Part shown: positions 17,212-26,502 of the stretch, piece after piece
Layout of the letters: every line of letters begins with the position of its first letter
How positions within the stretch are numbered: position 1 is the stretch's first letter
Origin: a virus
Lineage: Duplodnaviria > Caudoviricetes
IMG/VR virus record: IMGVR_UViG_3300020016_000032
Coordinates: 1 to 30,586 of that record
DNA: 30,586 bases
Direction: 5' to 3' (one strand)
Notes under the pieces: generated by a model
Databases searched by the model: none
Told to the model about the DNA's origin: nothing
The model's input: only the letters and a program-made list of their open reading frames with translations
Made by a program: the position numbers and the translations under genes

Positions 17212-19926
17212 TTACACCGTCGTGTTGATATCAATGTCGAGGACGATCAGCGGCCCCGCCGTATCCTTGACCAGTTGCCAGCGCGGATCGTGCGAGCGCC
17301 CGAGCGGATTGTCGTGATAGGCCTGCTCGCGCAATGTTGGCGCGGCCGTCGTCACATCGCCGTTGACATAGGCGCTGATCGTGCGCGTTTTCATTACGGT
17401 TCCGACTGCCGGTAGGAGCGGGCCGGATTGTCCGGAGTAGAGCCGCTGCATCTTGAAGCCGGTCGAACTTTTCACGTGGATTTCCACGCGGCCGAAACGG
17501 CGCGCGTACATGCGTTGACCGACGTCCTGGCCGCCTTGCGCGGGCGGAACCCATGGTTCGAGCGTTGCCGTCCATTTCTGACCGGCGACCAGCGTAGTGG
17601 CCAGCAGGTTCTCGCCTGGCAAGTTCCGCGGCACGATGTTGCCAGCGCTGTTGATGGTGTAGGCGCCCATGTCGCGGTAGGTCTGATCCATCAATTCGAC
17701 GGTCCCGCCCGCCAGCCACCACAGCGGCCCGGTCTGCATGACCAGTTGAGCTATCAAGCTGTCGGTGCCGCTGGTTCGGCTGACCCGGACCCAGCCATGG
17801 GTATAGGTCGTCGTCGAAAACGCCGGCGTCAGGGTCACGGGTCCGGTGAACTGGTTCGCGATCGACTTGGTTGCCAGCAGCGTTCCGTCCGTACTGTTCG
17901 CCGGCAGACCGTTCTTGCCGTAGAGATCGAACGTCACATTGCCGGTGCCGCCATTGTAAAATCCAAAGTCGGTCGATGGCCAGACGCTCGCGCTGCCGAT
18001 AACCTGCGCCACCGTGAAGTTGCGCCCGACATAGCCGAATGCCGATACGAACTTCGCCGTGCACGCCGTCGATGCTTTTGGCGCATAGGTGCCGTCAAAT
18101 GCGGCGGCCAGGCCGCCGAATCCCGTCATGTCGCCGAAGTTGGTCCCCGCCGGCTGCGAAGCGAGCATTCCTAGCGGGGGAGAGTTGACCGAAATCGACA
18201 TATCGAGATAACTCGAATAATCGAGCAATTCGACAACGGGCACCGCAGTGATACCGTTCGGTGCGTAACTCGACACCATCAGCACGTTGGACAGGCGCGA
18301 TGATATCCAGGTTGCGGTTCCGACACCTGACCATGGCGCCCATCCCACAACGTCTTCGACATTCAACCGCCCTTGCACGAACGTCATACGACCGACGATG
18401 ATCGAGCCGTCGCTGTTGAGCGCGTAGACGTATTGCTCTGCCACTGCCGGATCAGGCGTGGGCGTGGCTATCGCCACGATCGAGGTAAACAGGTCGGCGT
18501 GAAAATCCGTCAGGCATCGCGTCGTGTACGGCCGCGTCTGCGCGCCGATCGGCATGACGATGTAGACGTCGTTGCCGTTGTTCGACACATAGGCGATGAA
18601 TTCCTGAGCGGTGCGCGGCTGCACCTGTGCGGCACCATCCTTGCTCACCGAAATGAACTGCACCGAACCAGGTTTGAGCGGGTTGGTCACGGTAATCGGG
18701 ATGTACCAGACGGCGCTGTCGCAGAACACGAATTCGGAAGACTCGGCACCGGCCGCAACATAGAGCACCTGGCTCTTGTCAGGAGCGAGTTCGAACATTG
18801 CCGACGTTGGCAGAGAGTCCGGGTAGAGATCGGTCGTGTTGTTGACGGCCGACCAGCAAATTCCGGTCGGAAGTATTGGAAAATTGCAGAAGCCAAGGCG
18901 GTTCTGGTCGACGAAGCATGACGCCGGGTAACCGCGGTATGCGTTGATTATTTCATCGTCCCAGACGGTAACGGCGGTCGGGTTGCCGATGGCCGCAACA
19001 GATGATGGAGTCAATGAGCCGCTTGGTCCGATCACGATGTCCGTCACGACAAATGCGAACTGCTTTTTCACAAACCCGCTCGTAACCGTCGTCGTGTTCA
19101 AGCTGGTCAGTTGAACGGTGATGGTTGTCGCGGTCGACGCCGTCACAATCCCTACAGAATTGCTTACTGATCCTTGTACCTCGTCGCCAAGCGCAAACGA
19201 CAATCGCGGATCGGAGCCGAACGTCAAAACTTGCGAGCCCGGCAGCGTTTCCTCGATCGTGATTGTCCCCGTCGAAGGATTTGTAACCCCTGTGATCAGG
19301 ACTTGCCGGCCGCAGAACCGCATGCGCGTGCCGACATGAGACGCGACCAGGATGTTGGCCGAGAATGTGACACCGATGCCAGAACCCGTGCGGGCCGCCG
19401 GCAGCATTGTCGCTCCAGGCGTCGAAATCCGATAGAACGGCGTGCGCTTCTGATTGCCGGCCGTGACGGTCTCGGCATAATCGGCCGCGGTCCAGGTCGT
19501 TGCGCCGTCCCAGGTGAGAACGCGCGGCACCATACCGGCGAAGGTGATGTAGACCGCGTTGCGATAAACGGCCCACACGATGTTTTTTACAGATGCTACC
19601 GTCCACGGCTTCGAACCTGAATCGTTAAAGACCTCCGCGCCGGTTGAATCGCGAATGGAAAGATCGAGAGCGCTGAACACGAGGTAATAGACGACGCCAG
19701 GCGCCATCAGGACTTCATCGACGCGACCGATCGCGGCGGCTGCCGGGTTGCCAACGATTTTCGCGGTGCGGCCGGGGCGGTTTTCCACACCTCCGGTATT
19801 CTTGATGCGCCAGTTTTCCATATGGCGCGCGCCCTTCGTGAGCAACTTGGATTCGTCGTTGCGCTTGACGCTCGCATCCGGCTGACCGGCCGAAAAGTCG
19901 CGCTGTGCGTTGATGACTTTTGGCAT
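17212..19926 (-). CDS. Tail tubular protein B / nozzle (T7 gp12-like)
   Basis: N-terminal QRDFSAG..., NW.....GGVENRPG, RGYPASCFVDQNRLGF, VGWAPW, C-terminal GPLIVLDI; follows tubular A. Confidence 0.85.
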   Translation of the reverse strand: MPKVINAQRDFSAGQPDASVKRNDESKLLTKGARHMENWRIKNTGGVENRPGRTAKIVGNPAAAAIGRVDEVLMAPGVVYYLVFSALDLSIRDSTGAEVFNDSGSKPWTVASVKNIVWAVYRNAVYITFAGMVPRVLTWDGATTWTAADYAETVTAGNQKRTPFYRISTPGATMLPAARTGSGIGVTFSANILVASHVGTRMRFCGRQVLITGVTNPSTGTITIEETLPGSQVLTFGSDPRLSFALGDEVQGSVSNSVGIVTASTATTITVQLTSLNTTTVTSGFVKKQFAFVVTDIVIGPSGSLTPSSVAAIGNPTAVTVWDDEIINAYRGYPASCFVDQNRLGFCNFPILPTGICWSAVNNTTDLYPDSLPTSAMFELAPDKSQVLYVAAGAESSEFVFCDSAVWYIPITVTNPLKPGSVQFISVSKDGAAQVQPRTAQEFIAYVSNNGNDVYIVMPIGAQTRPYTTRCLTDFHADLFTSIVAIATPTPDPAVAEQYVYALNSDGSIIVGRMTFVQGRLNVEDVVGWAPWSGVGTATWISSRLSNVLMVSSYAPNGITAVPVVELLDYSSYLDMSISVNSPPLGMLASQPAGTNFGDMTGFGGLAAAFDGTYAPKASTACTAKFVSAFGYVGRNFTVAQVIGSASVWPSTDFGFYNGGTGNVTFDLYGKNGLPANSTDGTLLATKSIANQFTGPVTLTPAFSTTTYTHGWVRVSRTSGTDSLIAQLVMQTGPLWWLAGGTVELMDQTYRDMGAYTINSAGNIVPRNLPGENLLATTLVAGQKWTATLEPWVPPAQGGQDVGQRMYARRFGRVEIHVKSSTGFKMQRLYSGQSGPLLPAVGTVMKTRTISAYVNGDVTTAAPTLREQAYHDNPLGRSHDPRWQLVKDTAGPLIVLDIDINTTV

Positions 19927-19937
19927 GCCCGCGCCTT

Positions 19938-20594
19938 CTAGTAGCCGGGTCCGCCGCTGTTGCCCCAGCTATTGACGTTCCGCCACGGCCGGCGAACGCG
20001 GCGGGATGCCATCAGCCTGGAATTGAACATGGACTGGCGCGGCTTCTGTTGGTCGGATCGGGTGCGGGCGCGCTGCAGAATCCCCATCGCCTCCTTGTAG
20101 ACGGCGGCGGCTTCCTGCTTGTCGCCATGCAGGCCGCGATAGATCGCCGATATAACGAAGGTCTGGAGGGCCAGTACGAAAGTAGGAGTACCAAGGTCTG
20201 GGTCTGACTGGTCGGTCGTGACGTACTTGATCGACACCACGCCGGGATTGTTGAAGTTTCTGATCCAGATTTCGTCGCCGGCAACCGTGTAGTCAGCGGC
20301 GACCAAGTCGTTGCGCACCCAGATCAGGTGAAGGCATTCGGGCGGGATCGCGTAGGCGGTATTGTATTGTTCGTCGGGTGGCGCGGTGGCCGAGGCGGTG
20401 AGGTTGTCCTCGACACGGACGGCATGGACCCAGCCGTGATCCTCCAGCATGAAGGCGAGCGCGCGATCGTATGCAGGCGACACGACGGTGTATTCGTCCG
20501 AACCGTCAGCGAGCGCGGTCAACTGATTGTCGCCCGTGATGGCGAGCGCGCTATTCAACAATGTGAGTTTGTCTACCGGCCAGGATACGGTCAT
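19938..20594 (-). CDS. Tail tubular protein A / adaptor (T7 gp11-like)
   Basis: KLTLLNSALAITGD, LEDHGW.HA, YNTAYAIPPECL, SIKYV, PTFVLAL...A: the typical adaptor pattern. Confidence 0.8.
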   Translation of the reverse strand: MTVSWPVDKLTLLNSALAITGDNQLTALADGSDEYTVVSPAYDRALAFMLEDHGWVHAVRVEDNLTASATAPPDEQYNTAYAIPPECLHLIWVRNDLVAADYTVAGDEIWIRNFNNPGVVSIKYVTTDQSDPDLGTPTFVLALQTFVISAIYRGLHGDKQEAAAVYKEAMGILQRARTRSDQQKPRQSMFNSRLMASRRVRRPWRNVNSWGNSGGPGY

Positions 20595-20625
20595 GTCGCG
20601 ACCGTGGGCCGCCGATCATGTGGCA

Positions 20626-20635
20626 GCAACGCACC
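20626..20635 (-). promoter_or_regulatory. GGTGCGTTGC motif
   Basis: Exact copy just downstream of the terminator; 31 nt separate it from the tubular-A ATG (20594); no SD visible. Confidence 0.65.
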
Positions 20636-20646
20636 TTATGGCCGAC

Positions 20647-20692
20647 AATAAAACGGCCTCGCCGGCTGGGGGGTGCAGGGGGAGCGAGGCCG
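20647..20692 (-). terminator. Intrinsic terminator ending the capsid operon
   Basis: 9-bp stem CGGCCTCGC/GCGAGGCCG (20654-20662 and 20684-20692), long 21-nt loop, followed on the minus strand by TTTTATT. Confidence 0.55.
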
Positions 20693-20719
20693 AGTACACA
20701 GGGAGGTCACGCTACAAAC

Positions 20720-21166
20720 TCAGAATTGGAAGCCCCAGGCGTTGGCGGTGGCGTTGGTGTTGCCGGCACCGAGCGCCGGGAGCGTCACAACGATCGTCGT
20801 ACCGGTTGCGGATGCTGGAATGCAAGGCATGAACATATGCGTTTGCGCCGCGTTGGCAAGCGTCACCCCGGCGACGGTCGCGTAGGTGAACGTCATCGTG
20901 CCCGAGATGCCGCCGGTAACGGTGGGCGAGACGACTGCGGCGGCGGTGGAACCCGACGAGGTAAAGCTGATGCCGCAGATGTTGGTGGTCTTGCCGGCAA
21001 CCGCCGCCAGTGTCGCGACCGCGCTTGCATTGGCGACGTTGCCGGAAGACGCCGTGACAGCAGTGCCGCCGAATTGCGCAACGGGCTGGGCCGGCGCACC
21101 GAATGCCAGTCCGACCGCGACAACTGCGACGGCAATAAGCGTGGTGATTGGTCTCCGCGTGATCAT
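20720..21166 (-). CDS. 148-aa Ala/Thr/Gly-rich protein with signal-peptide-like N-terminus
   Basis: MITRRP + hydrophobic LIAVAVVAVGLAFG + APA cleavage-like site; ATGA overlap with the upstream gene. Confidence 0.7.
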   Translation of the reverse strand: MITRRPITTLIAVAVVAVGLAFGAPAQPVAQFGGTAVTASSGNVANASAVATLAAVAGKTTNICGISFTSSGSTAAAVVSPTVTGGISGTMTFTYATVAGVTLANAAQTHMFMPCIPASATGTTIVVTLPALGAGNTNATANAWGFQF

Positions 21167-21762
21167 CCGGTTTTGTTGGCCATCGCGGCCTTTTCCTCGT
21201 CGGTGAGAGCAGGCAAATTGGCAGCTTTACGGCGTTCGTCCTCGGCATAAATCGCGGCTTTGGCAGCCTCTTCGCGTTCCTTGGCCAGGCGCCTCTCCTT
21301 GGCTTCAACCAAGGCCTTGGCCGCACCGGCGAGCGGGCGGCGGACGTGCGGGTCTGGCTGCGGTGGCGCGGTATTGAGAAGCGCACGGGCGGCGGCCAGC
21401 TTGTCGGCCTCTACCTTCTCCTTCGCTTCCTTCTCGTCGGCGGCTTTCACCAGAGCCAGGGCCTCGGCACGGGCCTTTTCGTCTTCCGACATTGCGGCCT
21501 TCTCGGCATCGGTCGGTTCGACATATTCCGGGAGCGGCGCGGGCAGTGGCAGATTTGCGGCCTTGGCGTCGGCGACCTCCTTGTCATGAGCAGCCTTGCG
21601 GCGTTCACGCGCGGCGCTCCGATCTTCCTGCGACCACGGCTTCAGGCTCCATTCGTCCGGATAGCGCGCGACCGCAGAGGCGGCATCGACCTTGTACATG
21701 GTAGTGGCGCCAGTCTCGACGTGGTGCGCAACCACCTGCATCACTGAGCTTTCGTTCGGCAT
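21163..21762 (-). CDS. 199-aa Ala/Glu/Lys-rich hypothetical protein
   Basis: GGAGG RBS, coiled-coil-like composition, sits in the capsid operon. Confidence 0.7.
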   Translation of the reverse strand: MPNESSVMQVVAHHVETGATTMYKVDAASAVARYPDEWSLKPWSQEDRSAARERRKAAHDKEVADAKAANLPLPAPLPEYVEPTDAEKAAMSEDEKARAEALALVKAADEKEAKEKVEADKLAAARALLNTAPPQPDPHVRRPLAGAAKALVEAKERRLAKEREEAAKAAIYAEDERRKAANLPALTDEEKAAMANKTG

Positions 21763-21778
21763 GGTCTAAACCTCCAAA

Positions 21779-22306
21779 TTACACCTTGATTTCGGCGCGG
21801 CTCAGCCATGACGTCACCGTGACGGTCGGGGTGGTGCCGGCGATGACGACGTATGCGCGCACATAGCGGTAGACGATGCGCTGCATCAGGGTCAGGAACG
21901 GGATGCGGAAGATGGTTCCGGCCGATCCGGTGGGCGGCATGGCCGGTGAGGCGCCGAGAATGGTGGCCACCTGCCGGCCCGCCGTGGCCGCGGCAACGTC
22001 GTGAAACGCCAGGAGTTCCACGTTGCCGTTGCCGAAGGCCACGTCGTTCGAGCCGAACAGGTGGAACTTGTAGATTTCATCGACCGATGACACGTCGATC
22101 GACTTGACGTCGATGCTCCAGATGCCTTCCTTGCGGCCGGCGCCCGATGATGGGTTGGCGCCGCCGAAGTCTATCTGGCCAGAGTTGAGGTTGTTGAGGT
22201 ATCCGGTCGTGGCGATGACCTGGTTTTCCGTGAAGGCGAGCTGCGCGTCGAACGGGCACGCAAGATCAGGAACCTGCGACGGAACCGTGTTTGCCGTAAG
22301 AGCCAT
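21779..22306 (-). CDS. Capsid cement/decoration protein (BPP-1 Bbp16-like)
   Basis: Directly after the MCP with AGGAG RBS; FDAQLAF..., YRYVRAYVVIAGT...VTSWL jelly-roll C-terminal pattern. Confidence 0.7.
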   Translation of the reverse strand: MALTANTVPSQVPDLACPFDAQLAFTENQVIATTGYLNNLNSGQIDFGGANPSSGAGRKEGIWSIDVKSIDVSSVDEIYKFHLFGSNDVAFGNGNVELLAFHDVAAATAGRQVATILGASPAMPPTGSAGTIFRIPFLTLMQRIVYRYVRAYVVIAGTTPTVTVTSWLSRAEIKV

Positions 22307-22320
22307 GGTGATCTCCTATT

Positions 22321-23286
22321 TTAGGCAACGATGGTCGCCGCGGTGATCGAGGTGAGCCGGGCAATGGCGCGCGGGTGCTCGCGCACGATGCCCCAGTCCC
22401 ATTTGATGTGCGTGGAATCGAACGGCGATCCGGGGATCGGGCCTTCCGGAATGACGGTGAGCGGGGTCTGCTCGATGGCGTAGAAACCGCCCGCGCGCAG
22501 GTTCGCGAGATAGATCGACGAGGTGACCGCGCTGCCGCCGCCGGCGCCAACTTCGGTGAACGGCATAAGGTCGGGCGAGTCGTCCGGGTCATAACCGTAG
22601 AGAATTGGCAGGCCTTTGTACTTGCGGATGTTGCGGCCGAGATTGTCGGTGTCGGCTGAGAAGGTCTGGTTCGTGAGGGTGTTCGAGCGCGCCGCAATGT
22701 CGACGAACGGCATCAAGCCGCGCGGGAATATCCAGTGGCTCGGCTTGTTCACCAGCCAATAGAGCTGATCGAGGTTGCCGAGCGAGAGCGCGGCGCCGCC
22801 GGACGCGGCCGAGTTGTTGATGAGGTTGACGCCGACCGTGTTGCAGCGTGGCTGCATGCCGTTCGGAGTGCGAGGGTTCGACGAATTGTCACCCTTCATG
22901 ATGTTCTGGCTGAAATACTGCGATAGCGCGATCGACTTGAGGTTTTCCTGCTTGTACCGCCCGTCGGCACCGAGCCGGTCGATCATGGCGCGATCGATGT
23001 TGATATATTCGTCGATGAAGAAGGTGTCTTCTTCGCGAAGGTTGAAGTCACCGAGCGCCTGGCCGCCGGCTTCATTCATGCCGCGGAATCCGACTGACGG
23101 CAGCGAGCCGATATCCATGAACGCGCGCTTGCCGCGATCGGCCGGCAGCACCATCATGGCGTTCATCACGTCCGAGGCCGCGACCATGTTCTCGACGAAC
23201 GTTCGGGTCGGATCGCCGGTTGAAAGCGATTGCGCATAGGTGATGAAGTTCACCGGCGTGGTGATCGTGGTAGTGATGCTGACCAT
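22321..23286 (-). CDS. Major capsid protein (HK97 fold, BPP-1/epsilon15-like)
   Basis: LPSVGFRGMNE, IDRAMID, MKGD...PNGMQ.R, YKGLPI, TSSIY, ARLTSIT; follows the scaffold; GGGAG RBS. Confidence 0.88.
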   Translation of the reverse strand: MVSITTTITTPVNFITYAQSLSTGDPTRTFVENMVAASDVMNAMMVLPADRGKRAFMDIGSLPSVGFRGMNEAGGQALGDFNLREEDTFFIDEYINIDRAMIDRLGADGRYKQENLKSIALSQYFSQNIMKGDNSSNPRTPNGMQPRCNTVGVNLINNSAASGGAALSLGNLDQLYWLVNKPSHWIFPRGLMPFVDIAARSNTLTNQTFSADTDNLGRNIRKYKGLPILYGYDPDDSPDLMPFTEVGAGGGSAVTSSIYLANLRAGGFYAIEQTPLTVIPEGPIPGSPFDSTHIKWDWGIVREHPRAIARLTSITAATIVA

Positions 23287-23296
23287 TTAAGTCTCC

Positions 23297-24100
23297 CTAG
23301 CCGGTTCGACGTTGGCGTGCGAGGTCTTGCGCATGACGGCGCTGTTCGAACGTCATGCCCTCATAGCCGGCAATGACGGTTGGATCATTCTGCGTGCGGC
23401 CCCCGCCGTTGAACGGCGCCATGCCCTGCGACGTGGCCTTCTGCATGATGGTTTCGAACGCCTCGACGGTGGATGCCATCGGCGCCATTTCGAGCACCTT
23501 GATCATCGCGGCGGCCTTGTCGCCGGCCATCGCGGCGAGCCATTGCGTGATGGCCGTGATGCGGGCGGGCGCGTTGACGCCGAGCTTGGCGAGCTGATCA
23601 GCCTTGGCGGTCGCGAAGTGCTGTGCTTCGCCGACACGCACCGCGGCGATCAGATCAAGCCCCTTCGTAAAGGCGGCCTGATCGAGCCCGTGATCGAGCG
23701 CAAACTGACGATACTGCCCGACCATCGGGTCTTTCTCGTCAAGCTTGAATTCGAGGCCCTGCGGCGGCTTGAAGTCGGGCGAGAGGCCGAACTTGTAATC
23801 CTCGGGCTTGGTGGGAAGAGTGAGCTTGCGGGAATCCTGCGCGGCCTTGAAGGCGACGTGATCGCGGACGTATTGGCCGAATGTTTCCTTGGGCGCGGAA
23901 GTCGCCGGGTCCCAATGCGCCTCGGGAATGTATTCAGGTCGCGCGATCTGGGTGGGTGTCGAAGCCGGGGACGGTGGTGTCGTCGGTGATGCGGCGGCCG
24001 GCACCACGGGTGCGGGTGACGGCGACGGGGCCGGGGCGGGAGAAGGCGACGGCGTCGCTACTGGGGGCGTCGGCACTGTTTCGGGAGGCACGTTCGTCAA
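23297..24100 (-). CDS. Capsid scaffolding protein
   Basis: TTG start with GAGGG RBS; Pro-rich N-terminus, RPEYIPEAHWD, PTKPEDYKF, HGLDQAAF; lies between portal and MCP. Confidence 0.8.
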   Translation of the reverse strand: MTNVPPETVPTPPVATPSPSPAPAPSPSPAPVVPAAASPTTPPSPASTPTQIARPEYIPEAHWDPATSAPKETFGQYVRDHVAFKAAQDSRKLTLPTKPEDYKFGLSPDFKPPQGLEFKLDEKDPMVGQYRQFALDHGLDQAAFTKGLDLIAAVRVGEAQHFATAKADQLAKLGVNAPARITAITQWLAAMAGDKAAAMIKVLEMAPMASTVEAFETIMQKATSQGMAPFNGGGRTQNDPTVIAGYEGMTFEQRRHAQDLARQRRTG

Positions 24101-24290
24101 TTCCCTCTTGCATCCTGGCCATCAAATCGTGCGCGAGAGAGCGCCGCCCTTCCAGCATCCACAACGCACCGCTATCCGTGGTCAGACCGAGCCGTTGCAC
24201 CTCCCGTTGCAGCCAGCGATAAAGCAGCAGCCCGTCGCCGGTCAGGCTGATCCGGGCAATGGCGTTGGCCATGTCCTCGTCTTTGATCAT
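23934..24290 (-). CDS. Small post-portal protein (Bbp19-like)
   Basis: ATGA overlap with the portal stop; TGDG..LYRWL...EGRRSL pattern; 3' end overlaps the scaffold gene. Confidence 0.6.
   Translation of the reverse strand: MIKDEDMANAIARISLTGDGLLLYRWLQREVQRLGLTTDSGALWMLEGRRSLAHDLMARMQEGIDERASRNSADAPSSDAVAFSRPGPVAVTRTRGAGRRITDDTTVPGFDTHPDRAT
24162..24170 (-). promoter_or_regulatory. GGTGCGTTG motif variant upstream of the scaffold/capsid operon
   Basis: 9/10 match, inside the Bbp19-like ORF, ~60 nt before the scaffold start. Confidence 0.45.
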
Positions 24291-25879
24291 TGCGGCGAGC
24301 TCACTGCGGCGCCTCCCGGCGCTTCCTGGCCTTGCGGACGCTGGCGGCCGGCGACCAGTTGCGAAATCTGCGCGACCGCCTGCTGCACTTCTTCCGGCGC
24401 GCGGAACTTGAGCATGGTCACCCGCATCTTCTGCAGGATCGCTTCCATCGTGGCCTTGCCGTCGATCTGCACCTTGAATTCCTCGGGGAACGCGCCGCCG
24501 AGAATCTGGATGGCCTTGACCGCCATGCCGACTTCCTGCTGCTCGGCCGCCGCCTGGGCCGGGTTGCGCGGCTGCAGGCTCACGCCGACACCGTCGACCT
24601 TCAATTCCGGAATCGTCTTGTTCTTCTCCAGGAGGTACTGGAACCGGAGAAAGATTTTGGCCGGGACCTCGCGCCAGAACGGCAACCCTGGTGTCCCGAT
24701 GCGGCGCTGCGCGCGCGCGATCTCATCGAGCCATTGACCGAGCGTTGGCGGGGTGTCGCCGGTCTGTTTTGGGAAGTCGATGAAGAACAGCCGCCGCAGC
24801 CGATGCTCTTTCTGCTCATATTGATAGACACCGGCGTCGGGCGGTCCTGGATTGTAGATCGGCTTAATGGCGCCTTCCGTACCCGGGCGGATCGGGTAGG
24901 CCATGCCGGATTCCAGCCCCTGCTCGACCGCGGCGAATGAATCATCCGGGAAGCCGATCGGTGGGGCGACGTGCTTCTCGACATTCTCGATCAGCATGGC
25001 TTCGAGTTCGTCGATCTGGCGCAGGCTGGGCAGGCCTTGGATCAGCGGACCGAGACCCCAGGGCCAATCGGCGCTTGGATTCCAGCGTCCGACATTGAGC
25101 GGGCAGCAGCCGCAACCCTTGAGTTCGACGTCGTGCACGAGCTTGTCGCCGACATAGACGACGTGCTGCCACCATTCATCATCGAATTTTTGCCACAACC
25201 GCCAGAATCCGAAACGGACCTCGGTATCCTCGTTCGGCTTTTCGGTCACCACCTTGGCTGTTTCGGGCAGTGTGGCTTCGATCTTCGCCCAAATATCTTC
25301 GCCGACGATCTCGCGCACATAGCCGTTGCGCGTGTATCTGATTGCAAAGCGATCATCGATCTCACCATAAGGACCGAGGTTGCATTCCAGTTCGCGCAAC
25401 GGGATGGCCCAGCAGGTGATCGGCTGCGAGGGATGCGGCTGTTCGATCCACAGCCCGACGGTGCCGATCGCCAAATCCGGATAGAACGACTTGGTGAGTT
25501 CGGGATAAAGATTGCTGGCCTTCATGGCCGAGAAGATTTTCTGGTCGCCCTTGCGGACGTCGTCGGAGACTTTCTGCCAGGCGTCGTCGGAGAGGAACAT
25601 GCCGGGACCGCGCTCGCACCACGGCTGGCCCTCGGGCATATAAGTGTTGACCACCTCGGTGACGAATTCCTGCGCCAGGTCGAAACCCAGATCGGTGTTG
25701 AGCTCGACCTCGTCGTGCAGATGGGTCTTGGGCTGCTTGGTTTCGGAGGTGACGTTGCGCATGCGGTGCGGTGCGGTGAAGAAATAGCACTCGCGGAAAT
25801 CAATCACCCAATTGGCTTTTTGCACCCGGCACGCCTTGAGCCGCCTGATGCCCTGCTGCTCAAGCGTGGTTTCATCCAT
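24287..25879 (-). CDS. Portal / head-to-tail connector (T7 gp8-like)
   Basis: SNLY.EL...Y.DLAIGT.GLW, CPL.VGRW....WGLGP.IQGLPSLRQIDEL, APP, TPPT..W; 530 aa. Confidence 0.9.
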   Translation of the reverse strand: MDETTLEQQGIRRLKACRVQKANWVIDFRECYFFTAPHRMRNVTSETKQPKTHLHDEVELNTDLGFDLAQEFVTEVVNTYMPEGQPWCERGPGMFLSDDAWQKVSDDVRKGDQKIFSAMKASNLYPELTKSFYPDLAIGTVGLWIEQPHPSQPITCWAIPLRELECNLGPYGEIDDRFAIRYTRNGYVREIVGEDIWAKIEATLPETAKVVTEKPNEDTEVRFGFWRLWQKFDDEWWQHVVYVGDKLVHDVELKGCGCCPLNVGRWNPSADWPWGLGPLIQGLPSLRQIDELEAMLIENVEKHVAPPIGFPDDSFAAVEQGLESGMAYPIRPGTEGAIKPIYNPGPPDAGVYQYEQKEHRLRRLFFIDFPKQTGDTPPTLGQWLDEIARAQRRIGTPGLPFWREVPAKIFLRFQYLLEKNKTIPELKVDGVGVSLQPRNPAQAAAEQQEVGMAVKAIQILGGAFPEEFKVQIDGKATMEAILQKMRVTMLKFRAPEEVQQAVAQISQLVAGRQRPQGQEAPGGAAVSSPQ

Positions 25880-26084
25880 ACGCCTGCCTCGTGACCGCGG
25901 GCGGCGCGGTGGGCGCTTGTTGCCCCTGCGCCACGGTCAACAGGCTGCCATAGCGCGCCATGATCGAGGCGGTATCGATCTTGAGGCCGTCCTGTATCGC
26001 CAGGATGTCCTGCTGCTTGGTCTGCTCCATCAACTGATCGTAGCGAGGATCAGGCTTTGGAACTTCGTAACTCGGCAATCCCAT
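25872..26084 (-). CDS. 70-aa pre-portal small virion protein
   Basis: GAGGG RBS + ATG 26084 (MGLPSYEVPKPDP..., Gln-rich); stop overlaps the portal start. Confidence 0.6.
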   Translation of the reverse strand: MGLPSYEVPKPDPRYDQLMEQTKQQDILAIQDGLKIDTASIMARYGSLLTVAQGQQAPTAPPAVTRQAYG

Positions 26085-26502
26085 GTGCGCCCTCGAACGG
26101 CTGACCGCCATTTCTCAGGCAAAACCGATAGAAGGCATCGGGACGCAGCGAAACGCACCTCAACCCCAGCAATCTCTTGATCGCGGGAACGCAGAAGCCG
26201 AACAGGGGAAAACCCTGCCGCGCGGGGGCGACGCGCATGCGAATGAGATCGGCGTCGGCAATCCAGGATGCGATCATGGCGTTCGCCGACTCGCCATCGG
26301 CCGCCACTATAATGTCGGTGCCGCTGAGTTTCGGATCGAAGAATACCCAGACGTGGAGATAGGGCACATAGGCGTAGGCGCGGACATGCTTATAAGTGCC
26401 GAGCGCCAGAAAGGCAGCCCAGCGTGTCGCCGCGCGCTTGTTGAATACGACGGTCCAGATCGCCGGCTGACAGATGAGAGGGCCGGTCGAGATGGTGATC
26501 AT
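26050..26502 (-). CDS. 150-aa protein, possible permuted papain-like (His...Cys) fold
   Basis: ATGA-coupled; YKHVRAY...WVFFDP...FCVPAIKRLLGL...RPDAFYR. Confidence 0.6.
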   Translation of the reverse strand: MITISTGPLICQPAIWTVVFNKRAATRWAAFLALGTYKHVRAYAYVPYLHVWVFFDPKLSGTDIIVAADGESANAMIASWIADADLIRMRVAPARQGFPLFGFCVPAIKRLLGLRCVSLRPDAFYRFCLRNGGQPFEGAHGIAELRSSKA

